Part shown: piece by piece, positions 11,401 to 22,018 of the stretch
Numbering within the stretch: the stretch's first letter is position 1
Layout of the letters: the number at the start of each line of letters is the position of its first letter
NCBI GenBank assembly: GCA_043747615.1
Contig: JAYTOU010000042.1
Span: 32,001-96,000 of the forward strand
Direction of reading: 5' to 3'
Origin: Myxococcales bacterium
GTDB taxonomy: Bacteria > Myxococcota_A > Polyangia > Polyangiales > Polyangiaceae
DNA length: 64,000 bases
The notes under the pieces: generated by a model
Databases searched by the model: none
What the model was told of the DNA's origin: nothing
Seen by the model: the letters and a program-made list of their open reading frames with translations, nothing else
Translations under genes and position numbers: made by a program

Positions 11401-13248
11401 CCCATCGAGATCTCCCGACGCGTGCGCGTGCATCGCGACCACCAGGTAGAGACCGCGCGCGAGATCCGGGTTGCCTTCGATCTCCGCAATTTTTTCGAGC
11501 GACTGCCACCGGGGTGCTGCGTCTCCGCCTTCGATCGGAAGAAACGCCTCGAGCACGTTGCCGAGCCACGCGCCGCCCGGCGCATCGGTCAGCTCGGAGA
11601 GCGCTTTTTTCGTCCCCTCGGCGTCGCCATGCGCGCTTCGGGCGCGAAGCAGCTCGAACCAAAGCTGTGACAGCTCCTCGGGGGTGGACCCGTTCGCAAC
11701 GAGCCGCCGCGTCGCTTCTTCGTGCCACGCGGTCTCGCCGCGGAGCCCCGCGATCATGCGCGCGATCCGCGACAGCGTTCCCGGCGCAACACCATGCAGC
11801 CCCGCTTGCGAGAGCGCTCCCTTCGCGCCGTCGATGTCCCCCGCCCGCACGCCCCACGCGTAGGCGGCGACAACGTAAGCGCGGCCGCGCGCTTCGTCGG
11901 TCGTCAAATTCTCAGCGAACGCCTCGAGCTGCGTAGCGAAGGCCGCTGCGTCCGGACCATCGGCGAGGAGATCGAGCTGCAGTGCGCGTGCGGGTAAACA
12001 GGCCGGATCGTTTGCGACCGCTTGCGATAGAGCGTCGAGGGCGGCTTGCGCGTTGCCCTCGCTCGCAGCTTGCTCGGCGATGCGCATGGCGAGCGACGCG
12101 GCGATCTTCGAGTCTTGTTCCGACTCGAGACGCCCGCGCGCAAGATCGGCCGCGCGCCGTGTGTCGCCCATCAACTCCGCCATGCGAATGCGCGCATTGA
12201 CGATGGGCGGGATGACCGTGGTGTCGATGGACGCCGGGTCGCCCCCGGGGGCGCCGGCGAGCACGACCTCATGGGCGCGGTTCAGCGTGTCGGCGGCTTT
12301 CTGGTACTCGCCGTTGAGGCGACGAGCGTCTGCGGCGCGCAGCCACGAGTCCACCATGTACGTCGCCGCGCGGGCCATCGCGGGGACACCAAGCGCTGTG
12401 CCGCGGGCGCCATCGGTCATCGCCACGAGGCTCATCTCGGCCTTCGCCTCGAGCGCGGAGGCATAGGCATTTCCGCGAAGTTTGACCTCCTCGGATCCTG
12501 CGACGCCAGGCTCGCTTCGCGCAAGTCGCTCCGTCGCGAGCACCGCCAGAAACGTTGCTCCCGCATCTTTCGCGCGCGCGTCTTCGAGGAGCTCGAATGC
12601 GCGCGCAGTGTCACCGCTCTCTGCGACGAGGCGAGCGAGGTCGATGAGCAGGAGCCCCTGCCACGTCGGATCGCCGGGCCGCTTCGCCCGCTCTTCGAGC
12701 GCTTCGATGCGGGTCGCGGGCTCACCGATCTTCGCAGCGAGGAGCTCGAGCGCGAGCCAAGCGTTGGTGGTCTCGACATCCGACGCGCCGGTGGACGTGG
12801 CCTCGCGCAGCGCAGCTCTTGCCCCCTCGGGATCGGTAGAAACGTCGTCGAGGAATGCGGCGCGCATCACGAGGGCGCGCGTTTTTTCTTCCGGAGTGAC
12901 GGCCGCCCGGGCGAGCGCATCGATCAGGCGCCCAAGGTTCTTCAGGGAACGACGGCGCTCGAGGAGGCGAACCAGGCCTTCGAGCGGCTCGCGAAAGGAG
13001 GGTTCGGCGTTGAACGCGCCAAGGTAGTCTCGGGCGGCGCCTACCTCGTCTGCGGCGCGCTCCTCGAGCTCGCCGATCTCGCCTAGAAGACGGGCCTGAC
13101 GCGTCTTGTCGGTCGCCGCGGAGGCTTCTCGACGCAGGCGTGCGATGGACGATTCCGTTTTCCACGCGTCAGGACGCGCAGATGAGTCGGCGGGTTCGCC
13201 GTCTGCGTGAACATCGCCCTGTTGGTTCGACGAGTCCGCGACCGTCAC
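8416..13248 (-). CDS. Giant TPR-repeat protein (1610 aa)
   Basis: GTG start, TPR arrays throughout (e.g. LYWEQARVLREKGDVDGALTALENV), C-terminal domain similar to that of the downstream giant protein. Confidence 0.8.
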   Translation of the reverse strand: MTVADSSNQQGDVHADGEPADSSARPDAWKTESSIARLRREASAATDKTRQARLLGEIGELEERAADEVGAARDYLGAFNAEPSFREPLEGLVRLLERRRSLKNLGRLIDALARAAVTPEEKTRALVMRAAFLDDVSTDPEGARAALREATSTGASDVETTNAWLALELLAAKIGEPATRIEALEERAKRPGDPTWQGLLLIDLARLVAESGDTARAFELLEDARAKDAGATFLAVLATERLARSEPGVAGSEEVKLRGNAYASALEAKAEMSLVAMTDGARGTALGVPAMARAATYMVDSWLRAADARRLNGEYQKAADTLNRAHEVVLAGAPGGDPASIDTTVIPPIVNARIRMAELMGDTRRAADLARGRLESEQDSKIAASLAMRIAEQAASEGNAQAALDALSQAVANDPACLPARALQLDLLADGPDAAAFATQLEAFAENLTTDEARGRAYVVAAYAWGVRAGDIDGAKGALSQAGLHGVAPGTLSRIARMIAGLRGETAWHEEATRRLVANGSTPEELSQLWFELLRARSAHGDAEGTKKALSELTDAPGGAWLGNVLEAFLPIEGGDAAPRWQSLEKIAEIEGNPDLARGLYLVVAMHAHASGDLDGTRTRLRALAEKEPADPIVATYLADIERASGAHAAAAEVLTACALATTDPSLAGALHLEAGFSRWRAGERKAALDAFEAAGRGASAPARTAFAWAARGVDVDSLEARRRVLAVAIEGGEDAGSVALERFSSEVCGGDSDAVRDALSVLEQADGDLATAGALARLVWPESTEDPERLDAAIARLAAAGASQIAAAEQLRRARQAEPALAVEAAQRWFDAGAGLAAGIEWVAATMSEGSFEREVEAWKAIASVLEGEARDAVTAGAAMLNLVAAHGSQGLIAGDSDAIRLVNLDLAPPGSDPRRRAAALRALNRALGDNAQLDALGLAGWSLLAAGDFEAAKESFLVVTKAHVADLAGWEGLRAAAEALEDKALQARAASQLGARCADSRRGAAFWEEAAHLRNALGQSQEAEDAFNASFARDAHRAVAFDKLFRRVREKKDADRLLAIIERRLEVTEDPTEIGKLYWEQARVLREKGDVDGALTALENVTMIEPEHVGALALTGEIFIRRGQYEEAATNLAKLATISEAPAKNRVTAGIAAVDLYENKLDQYDKALEVLIALHRAKLSTLPVRERLARAAARVGSWKEATAILEELMNERPEPQGRIEAARLSIAIHRDRLNDARGAAVAILKLLEESPGDGEALDMLLELEKDTFALKPILLRAKDAILLQLKAQPIDLAVVQRLARIAHALKHGETEYVALSTSIAIGESTPQIEQKIAQFVSRKPRFPQIAMTEPLLRSLLAAGDEGPIAQLFTLLAPTLAEALGPSLAGLGVTKRDKVEARSGLALRNEIASWAGCFGINDFDLYVGGKDPKSVQAVPGEIPSLVVGAGANAPLSPVLRGAIARELCGLVRGTTILRSRDETTIAAIVVAACRIVDVRVDAPPYAVLAEVEKLMSKAISRKTKKLIPDICKAIVSSGQDAKAWSKRGLMSLARAQLLASGDVAFTLSDLLGAPIEQARGLAKSDERAAEIVRFVLSPSYIELRRTLGLEEES

Positions 13249-13320
13249 GTGAGGAGAAGGTACCGAATCAAAGGTGATTTCGCGACAGAAATGCGAAGTC
13301 GACCGCCCGACATGGCCCGA

Positions 13321-13608
13321 TTAAAGAAGTGTCTTCAATTTCTCGTTGATCTTCTCTTCGACGGTGCCCTTCATCATCTTCAGCATGAACGGAAGGTCGA
13401 CCTGCACGCGCACGGCCGATGTGCTCACGTCCACGGTGCCCTTGGCCCCCTTCGCCATCCCCGACGGGGCGTGGAATACGATCGTGTCGTTCTCCCAGCT
13501 CCACACGATCCCGAGCTTGATGGCCATGCCGGCGGCAAGCTCTTCGGCCTTCTTTTTTGCGTCGGCGAGCGGAAGAGCGTGGTTCCGGGAAATATCGATC
13601 GTGGCCAT
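13321..13608 (-). CDS. Polyhydroxyalkanoic acid system family protein (PHA_gran_rgn-like)
   Basis: 95 aa; IDISRNHALPLADAKKKAEEL...W..DT..F...G.KG.V.V...V.V.V.LPFML..MKG.VEEKI pattern typical of this family. Confidence 0.8.
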   Translation of the reverse strand: MATIDISRNHALPLADAKKKAEELAAGMAIKLGIVWSWENDTIVFHAPSGMAKGAKGTVDVSTSAVRVQVDLPFMLKMMKGTVEEKINEKLKTLL

Positions 13609-13637
13609 GGCGGTGTCCTCGGTCCTAAAGGGAAAAT

Positions 13638-14222
13638 TTATTCGGTGCGTTTGACGATCCAGAAGCCTTTTGGTGTGTCGATCGGCTCGCTGACGCCGTT
13701 CACGGGCAGCATGAAGAGCGCGTATTCCGGGGCAAGCTCGAGGACGCCACGCGGAACCCGCCCAACGTCCTCTGCAGAGCCTGGATCCCCCTTGGCGACG
13801 GTGCCCTTGAAATCGGTGCGCGCATCGGAGGAGAGCTTGACCGCGAGCTCGCTCGCGACCGCCTTCGAGCGAGCCGTCGGCGAGGCGCCCTGCGCGCCGG
13901 CGTACGAGACGAGGATCACCCCGAACCGCACCTGCTTCGGAGCCTTCGAGGGCAGGGGAGGCACCGCGGTTCCATCCTCCATCTTCGATCCGACACCCGC
14001 ATCGAGTCGGTTGTCGGGCGTGGTCCCTCGGGCCATCTCGCCGAAGGCTTCTCCGGCGTCGGTCAGCCCGAACATGTCTACCGTCGCTACGGCGATCGCG
14101 GCATCGACCCCTGCATCCGGTGCCGATACTGTCTTCGACTTCTGCATCATGAGCATGCTGCCGAGCACGACGACGGCGACGGCCAGGGCGATCGTCAGTA
14201 TGCGGTGGTGTTCGGGTTTCAC
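13638..14222 (-). CDS. Membrane-anchored parvulin-like (PpiC/rotamase) peptidyl-prolyl isomerase domain protein
   Basis: GTG at 14222 overlaps the atpC TGA; N-terminal TM; C-terminal ILVSY.GA...RSK..A...ALF.L.V.GVSEPIDTPKGFWIVKR parvulin signature. The provided ORF start at 14570 is too long. Confidence 0.75.
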   Translation of the reverse strand: MKPEHHRILTIALAVAVVVLGSMLMMQKSKTVSAPDAGVDAAIAVATVDMFGLTDAGEAFGEMARGTTPDNRLDAGVGSKMEDGTAVPPLPSKAPKQVRFGVILVSYAGAQGASPTARSKAVASELAVKLSSDARTDFKGTVAKGDPGSAEDVGRVPRGVLELAPEYALFMLPVNGVSEPIDTPKGFWIVKRTE

Positions 14223-14758
14223 GACTCGCTTTTTTCGGTGCTCGACGCGTCGTCGTCCGGGATGTCTTCGTCGGCCATCGGCGCGGGAGGGCCCCACTCC
14301 TCGGCCGGACGCATCGTCGGCGGGGGCGGATCCCCGTAGAGCTCGAGCTGAGCTGCGAGCCAGTTCTCTTTGAAAATAAGCACGCGGCGCTGATCGACGG
14401 CGACCGGATCGCTCACCGCTTCTTGCGCGAGCTTGGAGATCTGCTCCTCCGTCTCGGCCAGCTCTTTGCGCAGGATCACCGGATCGAGATCCTCTCGGAC
14501 GGCATAGTGATCGGTGAGGATCACCAGCTTGTTCGCTCCAACTTCCGCGAAGCCCGGGCCGATGACGCACTTATGCGTTTCGCCTCCGTCGCGGTAAGTG
14601 ACGAGCCCCGTGCGGAGCGCGCTCACCATGGGGACATGGCCGGGGAGAACGCCGAACTCACCCTCGGTGCTCGGAGCCGTTACTTCATCGACCGTCGCGA
14701 CAAGCGCTTTGCCCTTCGGCGTGACGATCTCAAGGTCGATCCTGTTGTCAGTCGCCAT
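14219..14758 (-). CDS. atpC: F0F1 ATP synthase subunit epsilon
   Basis: LEIVTP, V.APS.EGEFGVLPGHVP, GFAEV; directly downstream of atpD. Confidence 0.95.
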   Translation of the reverse strand: MATDNRIDLEIVTPKGKALVATVDEVTAPSTEGEFGVLPGHVPMVSALRTGLVTYRDGGETHKCVIGPGFAEVGANKLVILTDHYAVREDLDPVILRKELAETEEQISKLAQEAVSDPVAVDQRRVLIFKENWLAAQLELYGDPPPPTMRPAEEWGPPAPMADEDIPDDDASSTEKSES

Positions 14759-14762
14759 TTGA

Positions 14763-16304
<1,542 letters not shown>

Positions 16305-16448
16305 CTAGGGCCACTCGTCACTCGTTCAAACCTATCGCCGCTTCATAAAACCTCGTCGCCTCCGCCACTAACGCGGATGGTCCTCGAATTCTCGAAGATT
16401 CCCTGGAGTACGTGACCTTTTGCCAGTCGAGCCGGTAAGACTAGTCGG

Positions 16449-16826
16449 ATGCGTCGTGTCGCGTCGCGCCTCGTCCTCCTCGCCGTGCTCCCGATGACGG
16501 TGGGCTGCGGGTCTCGTCCGCCGCCGGCCGACCCCGACGCGCCGCACCGTGCCCCCCATCTGGAGCCAATCTCGAGCCCGGTCGAGGTGCACACCGATTG
16601 TCCGACCGGCTCTCCGATCTACCTCGGAGAAACGCCGAACGGAGTGACGGGGACGTTCCTCACCCTCCGCGGCGGCTCGACCTCCCACCTGGCGCGCGAC
16701 GCCGAAGGAAACCTCACCGTCTGGCTCGTCGACGACAAAGGCTTTGGTCTTGCTCACGTGCGCGTCAGCCGGAAGATGAAGCGCGTCGAGATCGGTAAGA
16801 ACTGCCAGACGCTCCGCAGCGATTAG
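16449..16826 (+). CDS. Hypothetical lipoprotein
   Basis: Basic N-terminus, hydrophobic stretch, lipobox-like TVGC; fills the gap between atpD and the PEGA gene. Confidence 0.6.
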   Translation: MRRVASRLVLLAVLPMTVGCGSRPPPADPDAPHRAPHLEPISSPVEVHTDCPTGSPIYLGETPNGVTGTFLTLRGGSTSHLARDAEGNLTVWLVDDKGFGLAHVRVSRKMKRVEIGKNCQTLRSD

Positions 16827-16835
16827 ACTCGCGCG

Positions 16836-17879
16836 CTACCAGGTTCCTTTAAGAGTGAAGGTCGCGCTGCCCGAACCAAGCTGTGCGCCGGCCTCGACGC
16901 GCGCCGCCGTCTGATCGGGTTTCTTTTCCGTCGGAGCCGTGACGAAAAAGACCACTCCGGCGGCCAGAGCAGCACCGCCGAGGACGAAGGCGACCGTCGA
17001 GACGCGTGCCGCGGAGAGTGCGTCGTTTCGGGCTGATTTCCCGACGGTATCGCAGCCGTTCGTGCAGTGGTTGTCGGCGTTCGATGCGCTGTTCTTGGAC
17101 ATCGCCTGGAGGCCGAAGATCGTTCCCACTCCGAGCCCGACGATTCCGAGTCCGCCGATAGCGTAGGCCAGCGTCTTGCGCGGGCCACTCGAGCTCGTCG
17201 GCTCTTCCGGCCTCGGCTTGGGCGGCTCGTGCGCGGCCTCAACGGCGGCGCCGGGCGTCGCGGCAACGGCGGGCGTGGTCGGTCGCGCAGTGAGCGGCAC
17301 GGGGGCCTCGGCTCCCTGTGGCGCGAAATCAAGCTGCACTTCCTTCTGCTCACCCTCCTTCAGCTCGACATGGAAGGCTCGTGCAACGCGCCCGGGCGCG
17401 CTGATCATGATGGTGTGCTCGCCGGGATCCGCGGGGAGGGGAATGCCGTAGCCCACCGCGCCGAACTCCACTCCGTCGCGCTTCACCGTCATGCCAGCGG
17501 GCGCGTTGGCCGGCGCTTTCAGCGTCAGCTTCGGAACGCGTTTGTCTACGGCGACGAAGCGGTCCTTGGCGAGGTTCTCACGTTCGTCGCCGAGGGAGTG
17601 TGCGAGGTCCACCGCTTGCTGCCAGTGCTGGCGGGCGCTGGCGAGCTGACTGACGTGCTCTTCGCTGTCGGCGAGATTGAGCAGCGTCCCCACCTTGGGA
17701 TCGAGACTCTGGCTCTCTGCGAAGAACCGAGCTGCCGCGGCGAAATCCGATTTTTTGACAGCCTCGCGTCCGTGCGCGAAAAATTCAGTGGCCGCCTGCG
17801 GATTGCGTGGCTGCGCGAAGGAGAGGGGCGTGACCGAGATCGCCGCTAGAAATACGAGACTGCACGTAAGGCGATTCAC
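16836..17879 (-). CDS. Secreted TPR + PEGA-like domain protein with C-terminal hydrophobic helices
   Basis: Signal peptide; A...F..GR...GTLLNLA..EE..G.LASA TPR; PLPADPGEHTI.ISAPG PEGA-like segment; GLGIVGLGVGTIFGL C-terminal region typical of Polyangiales; overlaps the kinase stop. Confidence 0.8.
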   Translation of the reverse strand: MNRLTCSLVFLAAISVTPLSFAQPRNPQAATEFFAHGREAVKKSDFAAAARFFAESQSLDPKVGTLLNLADSEEHVSQLASARQHWQQAVDLAHSLGDERENLAKDRFVAVDKRVPKLTLKAPANAPAGMTVKRDGVEFGAVGYGIPLPADPGEHTIMISAPGRVARAFHVELKEGEQKEVQLDFAPQGAEAPVPLTARPTTPAVAATPGAAVEAAHEPPKPRPEEPTSSSGPRKTLAYAIGGLGIVGLGVGTIFGLQAMSKNSASNADNHCTNGCDTVGKSARNDALSAARVSTVAFVLGGAALAAGVVFFVTAPTEKKPDQTAARVEAGAQLGSGSATFTLKGTW

Positions 17880-19408
17880 TGAGCTCCGTAGGGGTCTGTG
17901 GCGGGTCGGGTGCTTGGCGGCTTGCGACCTTGTCCTGCTCCGGCGCTTGCTCGCGGCCGCGGCGTGGACGGAGTGGGAGTGATCACGACGTTCGATGCCG
18001 ACGGGAGCAGTGCGGGTGGCTTCTGGCTCGGAGCTGCGCTCGGCATCGTCGGTAGTGTCGCCGGTACTGCGACGCTCACCGGAGGCTCGACCTCGATCCG
18101 TGCCGTGCCGCTGGTGGAAAGCGGCGCATGCGGCACGGGCCGAAGGAAAGCGGCGTAGACCACCGCGGCGAAAAGGAGCGCCGCCCCCCCTGCCATGGCG
18201 AGCTTCGGACCTCGCCCGACCGAGAGCGGCACCGTCGACTCCAGCCGCCTGCTCGAGGCGACGCCGACGTGCGTAGTCGATGGAACGTTGGCGATTTGCA
18301 CGTCGCCGCTCGCCATCGTCGCACTCTCCGCAAAGTCACCCGTCTGCCGTTGAGGGCGGACGAGCGCCACTGCGCTCTCGATCGACGAGACCGAGGAAAC
18401 GGTGGCGGCAAGCGCTTCGCGCGATATGGCGCCCCCGTCGTCATGAAACGACTCGCGCGCGGGCGGCGCAGGGTCTGCAGTGGAGAGCCGGCCGCTCGAC
18501 AGGACGAGCATGTGCGAGCCAACCGCCCCTCGGGCCGCGTCGAGCGCGACTTGCATCGTCCGTGCATCGGGCCAGCGGAGGGCCTTTTCGAACTCGAGCG
18601 CCCGGTCGACCACATTTGCAAGCTCGCGGGGGGTGTCCGGCGCGAGCGTTGCAACCGGCGGCGCGCGCTTGGTCGCAGCGAAAACGAGGAGCTCGTTGAC
18701 CGACTCGGCGACGTGCACGTGCCGCCCGGTGAGTAAGGTGAACAGCGTGGCACCGGCCGCCCAGATGTCGGTCTGGTGATCGATCTCTTTTGCCCGACCG
18801 AGCGCTTGCTCGTGGGGCATGAAGGCGGGCGTGCCCATCGTCCGTCCGGTACGCGTCGCCGTGGCCGAGCCCTCGAGCCCCTCGCGAAGTCGAGCGATCC
18901 CGAAATCGAGAACGTTCACCGCGTCGTCCGGGTTGGTTAGAAAGATGTTGTCCGGTTTGATGTCGCGGTGGACGATATGCTGCGCGTGCGCTGCGGCGAG
19001 AATGTCGAGAAGCTGATGGCCGATGTTGAGGACTTGCTGCGGTGGTAAGCGCCCCCCCGACCGTTCCAAGCGTGCGTCCAGCGTCTCCCCATCGAGGAGC
19101 TCCATGACCAGAAAAACGGAGCCGTCCTCGCAGATGTCGTCGTCGAGTACGCGCACGGCGCCCTTGTGCCCGACCTTGTTCGCGACGTAGCCCTCGCGGA
19201 GGAAGCGCTGGCACATCTCCGGATCGTGCGACATCTCGGGATGCAAGATCTTCACGGCCACGCGGATGCCGTTTCGGTGCGTCGCGGCGTAAACCGACGC
19301 CATGCCCCCGGCGCCAAGCAGCTTTTCGAGCTTGTATTTCCCCTTGATGAGTAAACCTACGCGCTGGGCGCCGCGTCGGAAGGCTTCGGGTTGCTCGGCT
19401 AACGTCAA
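17876..19408 (-). CDS. Membrane-anchored Ser/Thr protein kinase
   Basis: GAGGMASVY, VAVK, HRDIKPDN, DFG, GTPAFMPHEQ; TM followed by a Pro-rich tail; TTG start. Confidence 0.93.
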   Translation of the reverse strand: MTLAEQPEAFRRGAQRVGLLIKGKYKLEKLLGAGGMASVYAATHRNGIRVAVKILHPEMSHDPEMCQRFLREGYVANKVGHKGAVRVLDDDICEDGSVFLVMELLDGETLDARLERSGGRLPPQQVLNIGHQLLDILAAAHAQHIVHRDIKPDNIFLTNPDDAVNVLDFGIARLREGLEGSATATRTGRTMGTPAFMPHEQALGRAKEIDHQTDIWAAGATLFTLLTGRHVHVAESVNELLVFAATKRAPPVATLAPDTPRELANVVDRALEFEKALRWPDARTMQVALDAARGAVGSHMLVLSSGRLSTADPAPPARESFHDDGGAISREALAATVSSVSSIESAVALVRPQRQTGDFAESATMASGDVQIANVPSTTHVGVASSRRLESTVPLSVGRGPKLAMAGGAALLFAAVVYAAFLRPVPHAPLSTSGTARIEVEPPVSVAVPATLPTMPSAAPSQKPPALLPSASNVVITPTPSTPRPRASAGAGQGRKPPSTRPATDPYGAQ

Positions 19409-19577
19409 CAGTCGCTCCTCGAGGACAAGCTACGCCTTCGAGGATACGAGGAACGGCCTCGCAAAGCGAGAGAACCGCTCAGCTCGCGGAGATCGAAATG
19501 GTGTGCGGTTGTGGGTATGCGGAGGCTTGACCCTCGCCGCACGCTCTGTAGAACCGAGACGTGGAGATTTGGGCTCG

Positions 19578-21485
19578 TTGATCTCTCCTGAAACGATTGC
19601 TCTCGTCCGCGAGCGCACGGACATCGTCGCGCTGATCACGGAGAGCGTGCCCACACTCAAGCGGCGCGGGCGCTCGTGGGTCGGACTCTGCCCGTTCCAC
19701 AAGGAAAAAACCGGCAGCTTCCATGTGAATCCAGACCGCGGCTTCTTTCACTGCTTCGGTTGCAAAGAGGCTGGCAGCGCCATCGACTTCGTCATGAAGC
19801 TCGAAGGGCAGACCTTCCCCGAAGCCGTCCGTGGCCTCGCCGAGCGGGCCGGAATCGCCATTGAAGAAGATCATCGCGAGCGCACCGAAGTGGACCGGCA
19901 GAAGAAACAGAAAGACGATCTTTATGCGGTAAATCAGCTAGCGGCGACGTTCTTCGAGCACCAGCTCCGGGAGCATGCCCAGAGGGGTTACGCGCTCGAC
20001 GAGCTCGGGCGCCGCGGCCTCGTTCCGAGCTGGGCGAACGCGCAGAGCGACGCTTCGTCGGAGGCCGTTTTCACCGCAGTCGACGACGAGCTCCAGGCAT
20101 TTCGAATCGGCTACGCGCCCCCTGGCTGGGACGGTCTCGCCACATTCCTGAGAGAGCAAGGCGTCTCGCCCGTGGCTGCGGAGAACGTCGGTCTCCTCGT
20201 ACCGCGGTCGAGCGGCACGGGTTACTACGATCGCTTTCGTCATCGCCTGATGTTCGCGGTGGTCGATCCGCAGGGGCGCGTCGTGGCCTTCAGCGGTCGC
20301 GCGCTCGCACCGATTCCGGAGTCGGCCGACGCCAAAAAAGACGCGGAGAAGCCGCCGAAGTACATCAACTCGCCGGAGAGCCCGATCTACACGAAAGGTC
20401 AGATGCTCTTCGGCCTGTACCAGGCGCGTCACGCCATTCGCGAAGCGGAGTCGGCGATCGTCGTCGAGGGGAACTTCGACGTGGTCTCGCTCCATGCGCG
20501 CGGCTTGCGCAACGTCGTCGCCCCGCTCGGCACGGCGTTCACCATTGACCAAGCGCGCCTCCTCAGCCGCTTCGCGCCGCACGTCGTCATCCTCTTCGAC
20601 GGTGACGCCGCAGGAAAAAAAGCCGTTCGCCTCTCCCGTGCGCCTCTCAAAGAAGCGGGGCTGAGCGCCAAGGTAGCGAACCTTCCCGAAGGCACCGACC
20701 CGGACGAATTTGCGCGCAACAGAGGCGTCGATGCGCTCCGCGAAATTACCCAGCGCGCCCGAGGGATGCTCGAGTTCTTGATCGAGGAAGCGCTCGACGA
20801 CGCGTTCCACTCCGCGGACGCCTACGAACGTGTGGCGCGCGTCGAGCGCATCTCGAAGCTCCTCGCCGACGAGGACGATCCACTCGTGCGGGAGATGGCA
20901 AAAGCGTACGCCGATCAGATTGCCGGACGCCTCGATCTGGTCCGGTCCGCCCCCAGCGCATTTCGCAGCCTCGAGCAAAGTGTCCGCAAGGCGCTCGCCG
21001 CCGCAGGCCCCCGAAAGAGCGATGCATCGAGCCCGCGTGAGGCGCGGATCGCCCACAAAATCCCGGGCGCCAAGCTCCGCGGAAATATCGTCGGCGCGCT
21101 GATCGAGTTTCCTGAGCTTCTCCGTGATCGGGACGTCGTCCCCACACTGAGCATGCTCGAGGGGCTGTCGGCGCAAACGATCGCCGCTTTGCGTGATTCC
21201 TTCGGCGCGAAGGGGCTCGACACGGCCTCGTTTCTTGCCCAGGTCCCTCCGGCGATCCGTGCGTTTGCGTCCGAGCATCTGGCGGGTCCGAGCCATCCGA
21301 CCGTCGAAGCTGCGAAAGAAGGCCTCTTGATGAACTCGCAGATGCTGCAGGCTCTGATTCATTCTCAAGAGACGGACGAGAGCGCGCGCGAGCAAAACAG
21401 ATCCGAGGGAGACTGGGATGCTTCGATGAGCCTGGCCGCGGAAGCCTCCCAAAGAAACAAGATGAAGCATGGGATGAAACCGTGA
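19578..21485 (+). CDS. dnaG: DNA primase
   Basis: CHC2 zinc finger (CPFHKEKT...CFGC), DRFRHRLMF, KYINSPES, TOPRIM VEG.FDV and FDGD.AG, DPD; likely start TTG 19578 (MISPETIALV). Confidence 0.96.
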   Translation: MISPETIALVRERTDIVALITESVPTLKRRGRSWVGLCPFHKEKTGSFHVNPDRGFFHCFGCKEAGSAIDFVMKLEGQTFPEAVRGLAERAGIAIEEDHRERTEVDRQKKQKDDLYAVNQLAATFFEHQLREHAQRGYALDELGRRGLVPSWANAQSDASSEAVFTAVDDELQAFRIGYAPPGWDGLATFLREQGVSPVAAENVGLLVPRSSGTGYYDRFRHRLMFAVVDPQGRVVAFSGRALAPIPESADAKKDAEKPPKYINSPESPIYTKGQMLFGLYQARHAIREAESAIVVEGNFDVVSLHARGLRNVVAPLGTAFTIDQARLLSRFAPHVVILFDGDAAGKKAVRLSRAPLKEAGLSAKVANLPEGTDPDEFARNRGVDALREITQRARGMLEFLIEEALDDAFHSADAYERVARVERISKLLADEDDPLVREMAKAYADQIAGRLDLVRSAPSAFRSLEQSVRKALAAAGPRKSDASSPREARIAHKIPGAKLRGNIVGALIEFPELLRDRDVVPTLSMLEGLSAQTIAALRDSFGAKGLDTASFLAQVPPAIRAFASEHLAGPSHPTVEAAKEGLLMNSQMLQALIHSQETDESAREQNRSEGDWDASMSLAAEASQRNKMKHGMKP

Positions 21486-21511
21486 AAAAAGGCGCGTTTG
21501 GACTGGATCTC

Positions 21512-21546
21512 CGCCCCAAGACGGCAAAGCGGGCGTTTTCTTTTTT
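21512..21546 (+). terminator. Possible intrinsic terminator after dnaG
   Basis: cgccc...gggcg stem followed by ttttctttttt; the stem is short and the loop long. Confidence 0.35.
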
Positions 21547-21649
21547 CCGAGGGACGGTGCACGATGGCGATCCAAAAGGGGACTATCGGTGCTTCGATTG
21601 CGCTTCGGCATCGCCTTGCTAGAAGCTCAGATCGTTCATCGAGAGTTGA

Positions 21650-22018
21650 AGGGCCACCATCAAACTACCTGCGATCGCGCTCCTCTGCCTTACGCTTCCG
21701 TCGTGCAGTGAACCGGGCTGGAAGCTCTCGGGCACCGTCACTGACACGGGGCGAGCCACCGTCGCCGGTGTGACGGTGAAGCTCTTTTGCCCGGAGCCAA
21801 GCGACATCGGTGAGAAGGTCGGAAAAACAGGCGCGCTCGGGGACTACAGCATCACCGGAGGCGGCACCGGATTCCCGGAAGATTGCCGGGTCGAATTTTC
21901 GAAGGGGGCCTACGACACGGAGCGCACGACGGTGCGCGGGGTCTGCGCCGAGAAACACAAAGTCAGCGGTATGTGCATGCGCGCCGAGCTGAACGTCGCC
22001 ATTCGAGCTCTCCAATGA
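21650..22018 (+). CDS. Small lipoprotein with a carboxypeptidase-regulatory-like beta domain; start codon ambiguous
   Basis: The frame is open from 21650 and reads ATIKLPAIALLCLTLPSC-SEPGWKLSGTVTDTGRATVAGVTVKLFCP; no ATG/GTG/TTG in frame before the signal peptide; stop overlaps the next ATG. Confidence 0.55.
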   Translation, partial: RATIKLPAIALLCLTLPSCSEPGWKLSGTVTDTGRATVAGVTVKLFCPEPSDIGEKVGKTGALGDYSITGGGTGFPEDCRVEFSKGAYDTERTTVRGVCAEKHKVSGMCMRAELNVAIRALQ

